Assembly: GCF_000143415.4 (NCBI RefSeq)
Contig: NW_003314261.1
Location: 2,367,266-2,431,265 of the forward strand
DNA: 64,000 nucleotides
Reading direction: 5' to 3'
From: Selaginella moellendorffii
Lineage: Eukaryota; Plantae; Lycopodiophyta
Both the position numbers and the translations under genes were made by a program. Below are positions 36,103 to 48,225 of the stretch, one piece after another. Numbering within the stretch: position 1 is the stretch's first letter; each line of letters opens with the position of its first letter. The notes below the pieces were generated by a model that saw only the letters and a list, made by a program, of their open reading frames with translations, was not told the origin of the DNA and ran no database searches.

Positions 36103-39100
36103 TTGAGTTTCTTCTTGTCTACAAAGTCCCGGCCGACTAGTAAGCGATAAAGGCCCGCGCGACGCTCACAAATTACGTATATAGGAAAGGCTTGCGACTT
36201 TCTAACTTGTCGCAGGAGAAATACACCAGCGGAGAGATTGTCAACCATATGGCAGTGGATATCCAGAGGGTTCTCGACTTCTTGTATATGCACGATATCT
36301 GGATTTTACTGCTTCAGGTGGCGTTGGCACTTCTTATTCTATACCAGAAAGTCGGGGTTGCTGCGATAGCTAACGTGGTTGCGACGCTGGCTTCGGTGGC
36401 TATCAACACTCCGTTTACCTCCTTGCGAGACAAGTACAAGGACAAGATCATGGAGGCCAAGGACGCCCGATTGCGACCTACAACGGAGTGCTTAAAGAGC
36501 ATGAGGATTCTCAAGGTGCAAGCTTGGGAGAAGGCCTACCTGCAGAAACTGGAAGCCTTGAGATGGCTGGTTGAAGAAACCGTTCTTGACGCAGGCAGCT
36601 ATAATTTTCCTCTTCTGGACAAATCCCAGTGGTCACTTTTGGTACTTGTGTAAAAATACCTCTGATCACTGGGAAAGTTCTTTCAGCGCTGGCCACCTTT
36701 AGAGTTTTACAGGAGGCGCTCACAGCTCTACCTGACTGTATTTCAACTCTGTCTCGAACAAGAGTTTCGCTGAATCGGCTGAGTAAGTTTCTTCACGAGC
36801 CAGAGCTTCAGGCGGATGCTGTTTCTCGGACAAATGACCAAGATCCTACAGTAATTCTGGTGGAAGCAGCAGACATCAGTGAGTGGATGTCTAGAAGGGA
36901 CGACAGTTTCGGTTTGCGGAATGGTTGGTTCCGGTAAATCGAGCTTGCTCTTGTTCTGGCATGGTACGCATTTTACCATTCTCTCTTTCTTTCCTTACAT
37001 CTGCTTTTACAGGTCCAGGTAACTGGAAGAACATCGTACGTGGGCCAGACTGTTGGGTACAATGATCGAGAATAGTGTTTGTTTTGGCTCGCCTATGAAC
37101 AGAAGTAAATACTATCGTGTGCTGGAGATGTGTCAACTCAAAAGAGATCTGGAAATTCTTCCATTCGGAGATCAGACAGAAATAGGTGAGAGGGGCGTCA
37201 ACTTGAGTGGCGGCCAGAAGCAAAGGATGCAACTTGTTCGTGCACTGTATCAGGATGGTGATATCTACCTACTTCACGATCCTTTTGATGCTGTGGACGT
37301 GGAAACTGGTACTCAAATATTCAGGGTGAGCATGTCTGTTTAGCTGTGTGATCTCACTCATATACGCAGGAGTGTGTTCTTCAAATTCATTCTTAATGCA
37401 AAGACTGACATTTTAGTGACGCATCAAGTGACCTCATTTTGGTATGCTTTATTTACGTTGACGAGCTAAAACTCACTAGCGAAAGCTGACTCAGTGAAGG
37501 TTGAAGAGGCTAAACCTCTTGTTCTTGAGTGCCAATCTCTACAAGGAGGAGCACACAACAAGGCTATGGTGCAATAATGAAGAAAAAAAGAAGTACAGAA
37601 GTTGAACCAGCCACCAAAGGAAGAACTGGTACAAAAAGAAGAACGTGAGAAATGTAGTTTTGGTTTGCAAGTTTACTGGAACTACTGCACGGCAGTTTAC
37701 AAGGGCGTATATTGGTGAGTATGCTGCTGTTTCAAATCTTTCAAATTGCGTCAGACTGGTGAATGGCTCAGCGACGGCTGTATCTCCACAGTTTGATCCT
37801 ATTCGGTTGATCATCGGATACGGAGGATTTTTCGCTTGGAGCATCGCTGTGAGTCTGGTGAATTCCAGTGAATTCCGTTTGGAGCATCGCTGTTCGTGCT
37901 TCTCAGGGTGTTACATCAGCAACATCTCAGAAGGTCTTCTTTGACATATTGCACTGCATTTTTCATTTGCGGATGTGGTTTTTTTATTCGACTCCTACTG
38001 GTAGAATTCTCAGCCGGGTTACGTTTTGAAGTTTTTAAACCAGCTTGTGCGGTGCTTTTACTTCTCAGGCTTCTACAGACCAAAGTGCTCTCGACTTAAA
38101 TGTGCCTTACAGGCTTGGGGGCCTTGCGTTCTCAGGAGTATAGCTTTTCTACATTGTGGGAGTTATGTCTCAAGCAGTTTGGAGTCTTAATCGTTTTTGC
38201 TCCTGTGTCTGTTTTCTGTATCTTGCTACGGGTAAATCTCGTTTTCAATCAACACCTCTGTCCTAATGAGGTTGTATTTATTTGCAGAGATATTACATAT
38301 CGTCAGGCAGGGAGCTTTCCAGGCTTTAAGGCATCCAGAAGGATTGACCACTTTGCGGAATCTATTGCAGGAGCTCCGACAGTACGAGAGGAAGAGCGTT
38401 TCAAGCACAGGATCAACACGTCTGCTCGAGTCTATCTCTACTCGGCTGCAGCCATGGAGTGGGCTTCTATGAGGCTAGAACTCCACCCCCAACGTTGTCT
38501 TTGGTTTCTGTTTGCTTCTAATCGGCCGGAAAGCTGACCTGTGCTGAGCTGGGAGCTTAAGGTAGGAATTTCTAAAACTTTATAATGGCTTTGGAAATTT
38601 AACAACAAAGACGTTTCTATGTGATATAGCATTCAGGCCATATTCCGAGCCAGCCAGTGGAAAGAGCGTGATTGACCGTGTGGACGATCTCCGATCCAAG
38701 CTCAGCATCATTCCACAGGATCCAGCGCTGTTCGACGGCATCATCTGCTAGATCAGTTAAAACTAGTCATTCTTGTAAGTGCTAAGTGCACCCTTGGATA
38801 AATGACTCGGAGACCTCGTGCGTGCCAAGGAAGAAAAGCTGGACAAGCAATAAATGTGTAAAAGTTTTCTTCCTTATGTCTGAAAATGGTGAGAACTGGA
38901 GCATGGGACAGAGTCAATTGTTCTGCCTATGCGAAAACAAGCCCCTGTTTTGGTACTGGACGAGGCCACCACATCCGTGGACAGCGCTACTGTTATCAAC
39001 ATCGCTCACCTACTGTGGTGGACAGCGACTAAGTAGTAAACCTAAACGATGGTATTGTTTTTGTTTTGGTATAACAATCTTTCTCGGTAGGACGCATAGC

Positions 39101-39155
39101 TGTTTAATGAAGAGCAACTCACATTTCTTCTATTCCAAGAGATCTCCTAAACAAT
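36103..39155 (+). pseudogene. ABCC pseudogene type B, copy 3 (most complete)
   Basis: Collinear ABCC pieces including an intact [16 protein letters not shown], multiple frameshifts, ending at YSKRS. Confidence 0.87.
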
Positions 39156-39156
39156 T

Positions 39157-39543
39157 TTAGAGCCTTTTAAGTTCGGTTGGCCCGTGTCGGACGCTACAGC
39201 GGCAAAGCGGGCAAGTGGGTTGCCTGAAGAGCCACGACGAGAGACAGTCGCGATGGTAGAAGTGCTTGCACTTGGGCAACACAGCCACCTCTTGCCCGTC
39301 GCCAAACTCCCCAAGGCAAATCGGGCACTCCTCTCTCCCTCGCTCCCTCACGCTGTAGAGCTCCAGGGGAAGTACCACCGACTCCATGCCATTCTCAAAT
39401 TCCTTCTCGGCCTCGCCATCCCTGGTGGAAGCTCCAGTGCCATACCCCGCGTCACCAAAGCTGCAATCTCCATCTCTAATGCACAACCAGCAGCTCCAAC
39501 CCGCAAACCACGCGCCACCCAACAAGCAACAGATTTCAGACAT
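39157..39543 (-). CDS. RING-H2 (ATL-like) E3 ligase, copy 5 (probable ancestral position)
   Basis: 128 aa with all ligands. Directly downstream of the intact glutaredoxin-like gene; TATAAAA at 39602-39596. Confidence 0.78.
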   Translation of the reverse strand: MSEICCLLGGAWFAGWSCWLCIRDGDCSFGDAGYGTGASTRDGEAEKEFENGMESVVLPLELYSVRERGREECPICLGEFGDGQEVAVLPKCKHFYHRDCLSSWLFRQPTCPLCRCSVRHGPTELKRL

Positions 39544-39630
39544 CGCCCACTATAGTCGGTGTGATAGGGTTTGTCCTTTCACCTCTTTGGGGCTCTTTTA
39601 TACCAGTCCACCACCTTTTCCGATCGCCAG

Positions 39631-40919
39631 CTACGTACACAGCGGGCACCGTACCATTCCATTCACCGTACACTCCGTACAGCCCTCCGGCAGCCCATTG
39701 TCCGCTATAAACCGGCGGCTCCCATTGCAATCCAGGCATGGCACCAAGCTCGCTCCTCCACACCCCTTGCAAGCCATGGCGGTGTCTCTCCACAAATCTC
39801 CGCCGCTTGGATCATGCAAGAGCTTGCGAAGTTGGCACTTGCTTTTCAATTCGTTTAGCCGCTCCACGCCACCAATGTACCTGAGAAAGGGAACAAACGA
39901 GGACGGCGGTGGATTAATTCCCTGACTGTGATGGATCGAAACTTATATAGTTTCGAGATCGTGGGGGTGGGGACGTACCTTCCATCGACGAACAGCGCTG
40001 GAACTCGACTGTAGCCATCGCCCAACTCCGGCTCCGAGGAGACGTCTTTGCTCTCGAATGCAATGCCATGAATCGCTGTGGTGGTGCAGCATTCCTGTGG
40101 TTTGAGCTGGTGCGTGAGCCTGTCCCTGGGAGGTTCTTCGATCGTCGAGCTCGAGACCTCCGAGATCCAGTGGTCGTTGCGAATTTGCTCCATCATGGAC
40201 TCGAATGTGGAGAGAAGATCACTGTCATCGTTTGCGGCGTTGTCTCTGGTGGAAGAAGAAGTCACGCATTGGATGGCTAACCTGTGCTTGAAGTCACGAG
40301 ATCCGTCGTTGCTCAAAAGTGGAGAGGTGGAGTCGAGGATGACTTTCGGCGTGGGGGCCTGATCAACGCACGACCGGAGGTTGAAGGAAAAATTCCTGGC
40401 CACCACGATGTCTGGCGTGTTGTCCCCACACCTTGTCAATCCCTTCATGAGACTGCGCTGTGAATGCGAATGCGGTCCTCCAAACACCAGTGGACTCCGG
40501 GGGCTCTTCGGACTTCCACAGTGATTCCGGCTAGACTCCGGCGATGATGCCTCGCAGAGAGAGGAGATCTCGTCCTGGTCAGTCCACGACTCTGGCGTTG
40601 CCTGCCCGTCACTCCTCGCCTCCGGCATTGTGACACACGCTGCTTTCTCGTCTTGCTCTTCCAGCCCCTCCATGAGCGCCACCACGTCAATCACCTCGAC
40701 TGCCTCCATCGCCTCAAAACCATCTTTTTTCTCCTCCTGGCGAGCTCTGACTTTCTCTGCGATTGGCAGCGGCTCAGGAGCGTGCTTGGCTCTGTGGTTC
40801 CTGCTATGGAGGAAGACCTCCACAATTGGAATGAGCAGGCGCTTCTTCCAAGACCGAGAGTGTCCTAGCCTCTTGGGCGATCTAGCCGTCGCTACTTCCT
40901 TAGAATTCGCACAGCCCAT
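39631..40919 (-). CDS. Glutaredoxin-like Cys-rich protein (2 coding exons; intron 39881-39978)
   Basis: MGCANSK N-terminus (acylation-like). Splicing gives RVPALFVDGRYIGGVERL followed by CKGCGG..VPCLDCNGS...CTEC..NGMVRCPLC, the C-terminal Cys cluster of the plant GRX-like family. Confidence 0.85.
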
Positions 40920-41690
40920 TTGCGAGTGTTTTCTTGCTATGGATTTCCCTGTTTAGTAGCCAAATACCGGAAAACTCCGCTGCAGCAAAAAGTCAAAGGA
41001 ACCGATGAGACAAGCTAGAAAACAGAGCAAAAGAGCGAGCTAAAGCAATCACTCGCAGCAATTGCCCACCTTCCAGCGTTGAATTCCAATAGCCTCACCG
41101 ACAGCATTTGTCTAGATGGTAGAGAGAAAAATTCGAGCGTCCTTTCGATCAGAGCGCCGCGCGGGGACCACGCTAGCCTGGGGGGAGGGACCCTTCACGC
41201 ACAAATGGAGAGAGTGATTAGAATCAGCATAGAAAACCGAAAGTACTACTCGAATTCCAAGAAAATTCACCCTATAGAACGCAAGAAAACCATGAAAAAG
41301 AAGCAAGTGATCTATCTAGCAGTTCTCGATCGATGCAAATGCAAGGTACGTACCAGGGAGATCTCCACAAATGTATCTCTTGACCACAGCTCCAATTTCC
41401 AGAAAATCTAACCAATGAGATCGGCTGCCGCCGAGGGAGGCGAATTCTCTCCCAAAGATCCAAGAACTAGCTTCTTGGAATCCAAAATCTGGGACGAAAA
41501 TCTTCCATATGCGCCGCCTTCGCTCATGTAGCGCCTCTTCTTGACCATCGCTAGCGGAAAAGAAAGAACTCTATCCTGTCTCTTAAAAGATACTTCCTCT
41601 CCAGGCGCTAGAAGGAATCGAACCCGAGATCTGCTGTTCTTCCAAGAACCATATTAATGCGATCGTCTCTACCTGTTTTTCGCATGGAGA

Positions 41691-44036
41691 ATGGGATTTC
41701 CCTCTTCCTGCGAGCTCATCGAGCTCATAAAATCCTGCGCTCGCTCCAGAGACCTCTCTCGATGCCGGCAGCTCCACGAGCGCATCCTCCGCGAGGGAAT
41801 CTGCGGCCAGAGCGTCTTCACGGCCCTGATCGACATGTATTCCAAGTGCGGCAGCGTCGACGACGCCCGATCCACATTCCTGTCCCTGCGCGACCCGGAT
41901 TCTTACTCCTGGAACACGTTCCTGGCGGCGCTGGCGAGCCACGGGCATCTCCGCGAGGCGCACGACGCATTCGATCGAATGCCGCAGCGAAATATCGTGT
42001 CGTGGAGCGCGATCTTGAATGGCCATGCAATCATCGGAGAGATGCGCGAGGCGCTAGCGATTTTCGATCGAATGCCGATGAGGAACGCGGTGCCCTGGAA
42101 TGCCCTGATCAAAGCGTATGCCCTAGATGGGAATCTGGTAGATGCGCGGCATCTATTCGAAACCATGCCCGCGAAGACGGCCGTGACGTGGAACCTCTTG
42201 ATCACCAGCTATGCCCAGCTAGGGCATCTGGAGGAATGCTGGAGTTTCTTCAATTCCATGGCTGGTCGCGACATTGTGACCTGGACAACGATCATCCAGG
42301 TCTTTGCCGACGCCGGCGACATCGAATCGACACAGATTTTCTTTAATCGCGTGCCTTTTCGCAACATCTACACCTGGAACACGCTCCTCGCGGGCCATGC
42401 CCAATTAGGGCATCTTGATCGAGCGCTAGACCTCTTCCGGGAGATGCCCGAGCGCGATGTGATCTCCTGGAACGCCCTAATCGTTGCCCACGGCGAGAAG
42501 GGCTTTGTAGACCAAGCCCGGCGAGCATTCGACCTGATGCCCGAGCAAGACGTGGTGTCCTGGACGGCCATAGCACAGGCATATTCCCGAAATGGCCACC
42601 TGGCCCGCGCGCTCGGAATGTTCCAGGCGATGCCGCAGAAGAGCCCCTTCGCGTGGACGGCCACGATCTCGGGATATGCCGAGAACGGGCAAATGTGCGA
42701 GGCGGAATCTACCTTCCACACCATGGAGCACAAGGGGGTGGTGGCGTGGAACGCGCTGCTCCAGGGACACGTGGACAACGCCAGCGCCGTCGAGAAGGTG
42801 CGGTCGGGATTCGATCTCATGCCTGCGAGGAATCTCGTGGGCTGGAACTGCATGCTAGCGGCATATGCCCACGCGCGGCATCTTGACGAGGTCCGGGGGA
42901 TATTCCACGCAATGCCGCAAAGGAACGCCTCCTCTTGGACCTCGCTGCTGGTGGCCACTGGCCACAAATGCCCGCCCCGTACAGCCGAGCTCGTGTACGG
43001 CAGAATGCCCCAGTGGAGCGTTCCCGCCACGACGAGCTTGCTCCTCACGCTGGCCCAGGGCGGCGAGCACTCGCGCGCGAAGGAGCTCTTCGATTCCATG
43101 CCGCAGCGCAGCGCGATCTCCTGGGCGGCGCTGCTCCAATCCAGCGCGCTGGACGCGAGCTCGGCGATGGAGGTCTTCGCGCGATCGCCGTGCCACAACC
43201 TCGCCGGGTGGACGGGGATGATCCAGTCACTAGCGCTGGCGGGACGGATCGACGCCGCGCGGGATCTCTTCGCGGCAATGCCCGAGCACGACACCAAGTC
43301 CGACACAGCGATGATCCAGGCGTACGCCGAGGCCGGGCATTTGCCGGAGGCGCTAGAGGTCTTCGCGTCCATCCCCTCGCCCGACGCATTCTCCTGGAAC
43401 ACCGTCTTGCAAGCCTGCGCTGTTCATGGCGATCTCGCGAAGCTCCGGGAGCTCCTCCACAAGATGGGCAATCCAAACGCCGTGTCGTGGACGATCCTGA
43501 TAGTGGCGTATGCCCAGAGGGGGCATCTGGCGCTCGCGCGGGAGATCTTCGCCGGGATGGCCTCGCAGGACTTCGTCGCTTGGAGCGCGATGATCCTCGC
43601 CTACGCAAACACTGGCGCCTACGCCGCGGCGCTGGATCTCTTCCGGCAGATGGTTCTTCACGGCTTCCAGCCCAGCGACATCACCTTCGTGGGTCTTCTC
43701 GCGGCTTTCGGCCATGCCGGGAGGCTCCGCGAGGGCGTCGAGTGCTTTACGGCCATGCAGGACGGCTTCTTCGTGCCACCCACGCTCGTCCACTTCCACT
43801 GCATGATCAATGTTCTCGGCCGCTCCAAGCATCTGGGAGACGCCGAGGAGCTCGTCGAGACGATGCCGTTTCTGGCGGACGAGGTGGCGTGGATCACGCT
43901 GCTGGCAGCGTGTAAGATGCACGGCGACGTCAAGCGGGCCGAGAGGATCCTGGAGCGAGTGAAAGAGCCCACTGCGTATGTTCTCGTAGCGAACGCGCTG
44001 CGAGAGCCATCACTGGGCTTCGCTTCTGCAAAGTAG
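41691..44036 (+). CDS. PLS-class pentatricopeptide repeat protein with partial E domain
   Basis: 781-aa intronless ORF with repeated MP.RN.VSW.A/FD.MP units, ending F.CMI.VLGR..LGDAEELVETMPF..WITLLAACKMHGD. Confidence 0.92.
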   Translation: MGFPSSCELIELIKSCARSRDLSRCRQLHERILREGICGQSVFTALIDMYSKCGSVDDARSTFLSLRDPDSYSWNTFLAALASHGHLREAHDAFDRMPQRNIVSWSAILNGHAIIGEMREALAIFDRMPMRNAVPWNALIKAYALDGNLVDARHLFETMPAKTAVTWNLLITSYAQLGHLEECWSFFNSMAGRDIVTWTTIIQVFADAGDIESTQIFFNRVPFRNIYTWNTLLAGHAQLGHLDRALDLFREMPERDVISWNALIVAHGEKGFVDQARRAFDLMPEQDVVSWTAIAQAYSRNGHLARALGMFQAMPQKSPFAWTATISGYAENGQMCEAESTFHTMEHKGVVAWNALLQGHVDNASAVEKVRSGFDLMPARNLVGWNCMLAAYAHARHLDEVRGIFHAMPQRNASSWTSLLVATGHKCPPRTAELVYGRMPQWSVPATTSLLLTLAQGGEHSRAKELFDSMPQRSAISWAALLQSSALDASSAMEVFARSPCHNLAGWTGMIQSLALAGRIDAARDLFAAMPEHDTKSDTAMIQAYAEAGHLPEALEVFASIPSPDAFSWNTVLQACAVHGDLAKLRELLHKMGNPNAVSWTILIVAYAQRGHLALAREIFAGMASQDFVAWSAMILAYANTGAYAAALDLFRQMVLHGFQPSDITFVGLLAAFGHAGRLREGVECFTAMQDGFFVPPTLVHFHCMINVLGRSKHLGDAEELVETMPFLADEVAWITLLAACKMHGDVKRAERILERVKEPTAYVLVANALREPSLGFASAK

Positions 44037-44672
44037 CAAGCGGGAAAGTTTTTAGAACCGACAAAAGTTTTGGAGAGATCATACCTGTGACCGCCATTCT
44101 TTGATAGATAACTGGAAGATCTGGAACCATCATTCGAAGTCAGAGAGAAAGAACCAAACCGGAAGTTAAACTGAAAGATCTATAACAAGATCAAGCGGGA
44201 CATCAAACAAGTTATACAAAGCCTTGATAGTTGATAGTTAGTTGGGTATCAAGTCTGACTGTCATCGGTACCTAAACTGGAGCTCGAAATCAGATAAAAA
44301 GAGTTAGCAGAGAAATATGTCTGCCTTTTTACCTTGGTGATGAAGTGCAGGATCCCTTGAGAAGGGAAGCCACGGCGTGGGCGACGTCTTTCCGAATTGC
44401 CTTCTTGACATCTCCCCTCTTTGGAGACGAGGAAGTAGAGCCCCGACGACTGAAGGAAGCATCGTTTCCCATTTCTCTCCTTGCTTCTTTCTCGCCAAGC
44501 AACCTCTTTATCTCCTCTTCGATTCCACCAATGATGATAGCTTGATACCGTTCTGCATTATCTCCATTGCTCGAATATAGTCTGATCAGCACAGGAAGGA
44601 AAAAAAAAGAAAAGAATGAGATAAAGCTTTCGAAAGTTTTTGAAACATACCTGGAGTTACTGAAACAAGCTT

Positions 44673-46934
44673 TTACTTGACGTTAAAACTGCGTGACCGG
44701 ACGTTGGAGAGCATTGCTAGAGCGGAGCCCGAGTGACACTCATCGTCCATCGTCAAAACTTTATCGGCAGCTCGCTCGGCACGCTTCACATCTTCGTGAT
44801 TCGTGCACGCCCCCAGGAACGCCGTCCACAGCACCACACTCGGCGCCACCGGCATCTCGCTCGCCAGCTCTTCGGCTTCGTCGAGCCGGCCTTTACGTCC
44901 CAGGAGATCAACCACGCATCCGAAGTGCTGGACAGTCGGAGAAACTCCAAAGTCTTGTTCCATGGACGAGAAGAGAGCTTGAGCCTGTTGGAGAAGCCCC
45001 CTGTGGCTGCAAGAGCTTAGCACGTTAATGAAAGTGACCGAGTTTGGTACCTGGCCTTGGAGCTGCATGAGCCGGAACAGCGCGAAGCACGAATCTCCAC
45101 CACTGGCCTGAGCAAAACATCCCAGTAGCGAGTTCCACGAGACCACGTTTTGTTTTTCCATGAGCCGAAACACCAGAGCAGCTTCATCCAAGTGCCCAAA
45201 CTTGGCGTACATGTTGATGAGTGAATTCCCAACACCAACGTCGTAATGATCGAGTTTCCTCTCTGCAACCAGCACATGAATTTTCCTGCCCTGGCTCGGA
45301 CTTCGGGATGAGTCGATGGCAATGATAACAGCAGCTTTGCTCGGCCTGACACCTTCCAGTTGCATTTCGCAGAATAGCTTCAGTGACTTGTCGACATGGC
45401 CATTCTGAGCGCACTGTCCAGCAAGTGTCTTCCACAAAAGCGGTTCCCGACGAGAGCTCAGAGCTCTAAAGACCTGTGTGGCTTGGCCAAGCTCCCCGCA
45501 TTGTCCATAAAAGTTAACTAGTGAGGTACCAATCTCCGGCTCGTCTTCAATCTTAACGCCTGTGTTGATGATCTGTTCGTGAATCTCCCGGCCCGTTTTG
45601 TAGTCCCCCAGCACACCACAGGCATCCAAGACAACCGAAAACGTGACTGCGTTCGGTGCCAAATCCATCTGTCTAAAGAGCTCCACCGCCTCTTTCGTTT
45701 CGTCGCGTAGAACATACGCCGAGATGATGCTGTTCCAGGAGACGATATCCCGGATCACCATGCTGTCGAAAATCCTCCTGGCCTCTTGCAAGCAGTTGCA
45801 TCTGGAATACAGAACTATAAGAACGTTGGCCGATTTAGTATTGACAAACTCCATACCAGCCTCTTTCAAGAGCTCGTGTGCCAGCTTCAACGACTTTAAA
45901 TCCCAGCATGCGTTAATGAAGGCAACGAGCGATATCTCGTCGCACTTGACACCTTCCAGCTGCATTCTCCAGAAAAGAGCCGCTGCTTCTCTATTTCTAC
46001 CTCGCTGCGAAAACGCCTCGATAGCTCCTGTCCAGTGAAAAGCATTAGTCGAGTGGTGGTTTAAAAACTCTAGCAATAACTTACGAGCCACCTCAAGCTC
46101 GCCACAACGGCCATACAAGTTGGTGAGTGTGGCACCGACGATCTCGTCCATTATCAGGCCCGCTTCTACGATCAAGCCATGAATCCAGGTGACGTGCTTC
46201 AATCCCCACGATGTTCTCGAGCTGCCAAGATCACTACACGCCGTTAGAACAGTGGTGAATGTAACCTTGTCAACTTTGATACCTTCTACCAGCATTGCGT
46301 GGAAGAGCTCCAGCGCTCTGGCTCCATCGTTCTTTGCCACTGCTCTAATGATCGACGTCCAGCTGACCGTGTTCTTGAGCGGCAACGCATGAAACATCCT
46401 CACTGCCTGGCCGGTATCACCACACCGCTCATACATGCAGAGCAGCGCGTTTCCCACAACAACATCCCGCTCCAAGAATCCTTCTCGGACGATGCATTCC
46501 CCGATGATCTTTCCCGTGCCAAGAGCCTCGGGGCCGCCGCAAGACCCAAGGAGAACCACAAAGGTTACGCCGTCGGGCCTCACATTCTCGCCCAGCATTC
46601 GCCTCAGGAGCTGCAGTGCGGTGCCGTGATGCCCCCGCTGGGCATACGCCGCGACGATCGCCGTCCAGGAGAAGAGATTCCTCACCTGCATATCCTCGAA
46701 GACCTGGCGCGCGCTGGAAATGCTGCCGCAGCCGCCATACATCGCGATGAGGTGATTGACGAGGACGAGATCGAGCGCGCCGCCCTGCGCCATGATCCAA
46801 TGCGCCCGCCGCCCCTCCGCCAGCGCCCCGTGGCGCTGGCATTGCTCGAGGAGCTCAACCCTAAACCTGTGACTGCAACGCTCCCCCTCGACAAGACGGC
46901 GCTGGATCATCCAAGCGATATGGCTGCGCGCCAT
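44673..46934 (-). CDS. PLS-class pentatricopeptide repeat protein with E domain
   Basis: Intronless ORF (first ATG 46934) with NLFSWTAIV, VSWNS and ALLCMYERCG repeats, ending FGCVVDLLGRKGRLDEAEEL..MP..W.AFLGAC. Confidence 0.92.
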   Translation of the reverse strand: MARSHIAWMIQRRLVEGERCSHRFRVELLEQCQRHGALAEGRRAHWIMAQGGALDLVLVNHLIAMYGGCGSISSARQVFEDMQVRNLFSWTAIVAAYAQRGHHGTALQLLRRMLGENVRPDGVTFVVLLGSCGGPEALGTGKIIGECIVREGFLERDVVVGNALLCMYERCGDTGQAVRMFHALPLKNTVSWTSIIRAVAKNDGARALELFHAMLVEGIKVDKVTFTTVLTACSDLGSSRTSWGLKHVTWIHGLIVEAGLIMDEIVGATLTNLYGRCGELEVARKLLLEFLNHHSTNAFHWTGAIEAFSQRGRNREAAALFWRMQLEGVKCDEISLVAFINACWDLKSLKLAHELLKEAGMEFVNTKSANVLIVLYSRCNCLQEARRIFDSMVIRDIVSWNSIISAYVLRDETKEAVELFRQMDLAPNAVTFSVVLDACGVLGDYKTGREIHEQIINTGVKIEDEPEIGTSLVNFYGQCGELGQATQVFRALSSRREPLLWKTLAGQCAQNGHVDKSLKLFCEMQLEGVRPSKAAVIIAIDSSRSPSQGRKIHVLVAERKLDHYDVGVGNSLINMYAKFGHLDEAALVFRLMEKQNVVSWNSLLGCFAQASGGDSCFALFRLMQLQGQVPNSVTFINVLSSCSHRGLLQQAQALFSSMEQDFGVSPTVQHFGCVVDLLGRKGRLDEAEELASEMPVAPSVVLWTAFLGACTNHEDVKRAERAADKVLTMDDECHSGSALAMLSNVRSRSFNVK

Positions 46935-48225
46935 AGGGCCCAAGTGGCCATACGTTTATACTTTATTAATAGTAACAGTAATAAACGCGCGAAGATACCA
47001 CTGCATTAAAAAAGGTGAGAAAAAAAATCGCGTGTGTGAAAGGACACACAAGAGTAACATGATGGGGACGTTGCTAGGGGGCAGGGTGGCAGCGGGGAAT
47101 CGAACCCCTGACCTCCTTGCGTGTGTGAGACCATCATCCAGCTGTGTTTGTGCGTGCTCTCTCTCCTTTGTCGTGCGTGCGTTTGCGGCACCACCAAGCG
47201 CGAGCTAGCTATCAATCAAACCAAACCAAACCCTAATTTTGTGGAGGAGGGAGGAGAGCTCGGCTATGGCGGCAGCGAGGGCTTTTTCTCCTCCTCCTAG
47301 CTTGCGGCGGCGCAGCGCCACGGCAACGAGCGGCCGCTCGGATTCCAAGCTCGTCTCATCGGGATCCGCGTAAAATCCTCGCCGCTCGGTGGAATCTTGC
47401 TCGCCGCCGGGAATGTGTTCTTGTTTGCTTCTCTCAGCAGGAGATTTCCACTTTTCCTCGCAATCTAGGTTCTCGTCGGCAGCGGTGTAGCAATTACGAG
47501 CTAATTGCTCGTTGGATTTTTCCTCCCATCCACCTCGGTTTCTTCGGTCCAAGCAAGCCCTTTTCTCTTCATAGAACACTCTGGTGCAGCTCCTTGTCTC
47601 GTTCCTTCCCCCCGTCGCTGCAGTGTCTCCGTTCGCTTTCGTGATATTGGTAGGAGAGATCGAAATCGATCTGCATGGAAGAAATATCCACCTAGAGGTA
47701 TCTAGCTAGAACTTTCAAAGTTTATGACATGCCGTCCTCTTGTGGCACGAGTCGCTGTTCTTCCCCATGCCTTCCTTCTCTGGACTGCATCTCCTCGCCA
47801 AAAAGGATCGCCAATGGGTGGACTCGGTGGATCCAGGAGCAAAGCTCGCAAGTTGCTCCTGGTTTATGAATTGGGTTCCTGGAAGGAGTCCTGGGCGACG
47901 TACACGGCAGGCAGGCAGGCAGGCAGGCATTTGCTTTCATGGTACTCGCTCTCACTCATGATGCTGGGCTTGATCTTCCTTCAGTGAGAGCAGGGGCTAA
48001 AGGTGTGTGTGGTCAGATCAGCTACCCGGTGATTTGCAGAAGAAGAAGCTCCATCTGCAGTCTTCGATGGTGATGGTGAGGGGGCTCTTGTTTCTTGGCT
48101 GACGAGTTTCTCGGTTTCCATCTCCTCGATTAAAGCTAAAGCTATACAGTGTTGGTGGTATGCAGTGATCTCCCGCCGCGCCGGTGTCTTGGTCGTCGTC
48201 CTTGTGGGTGGCTCATGCTCCGGGA

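Noticed and set aside
41657-43972. Long alternative-frame and antisense ORFs (up to 344 aa) over the PPR gene
   Set aside because: Expected from high GC3 codon usage; no recognisable domains.
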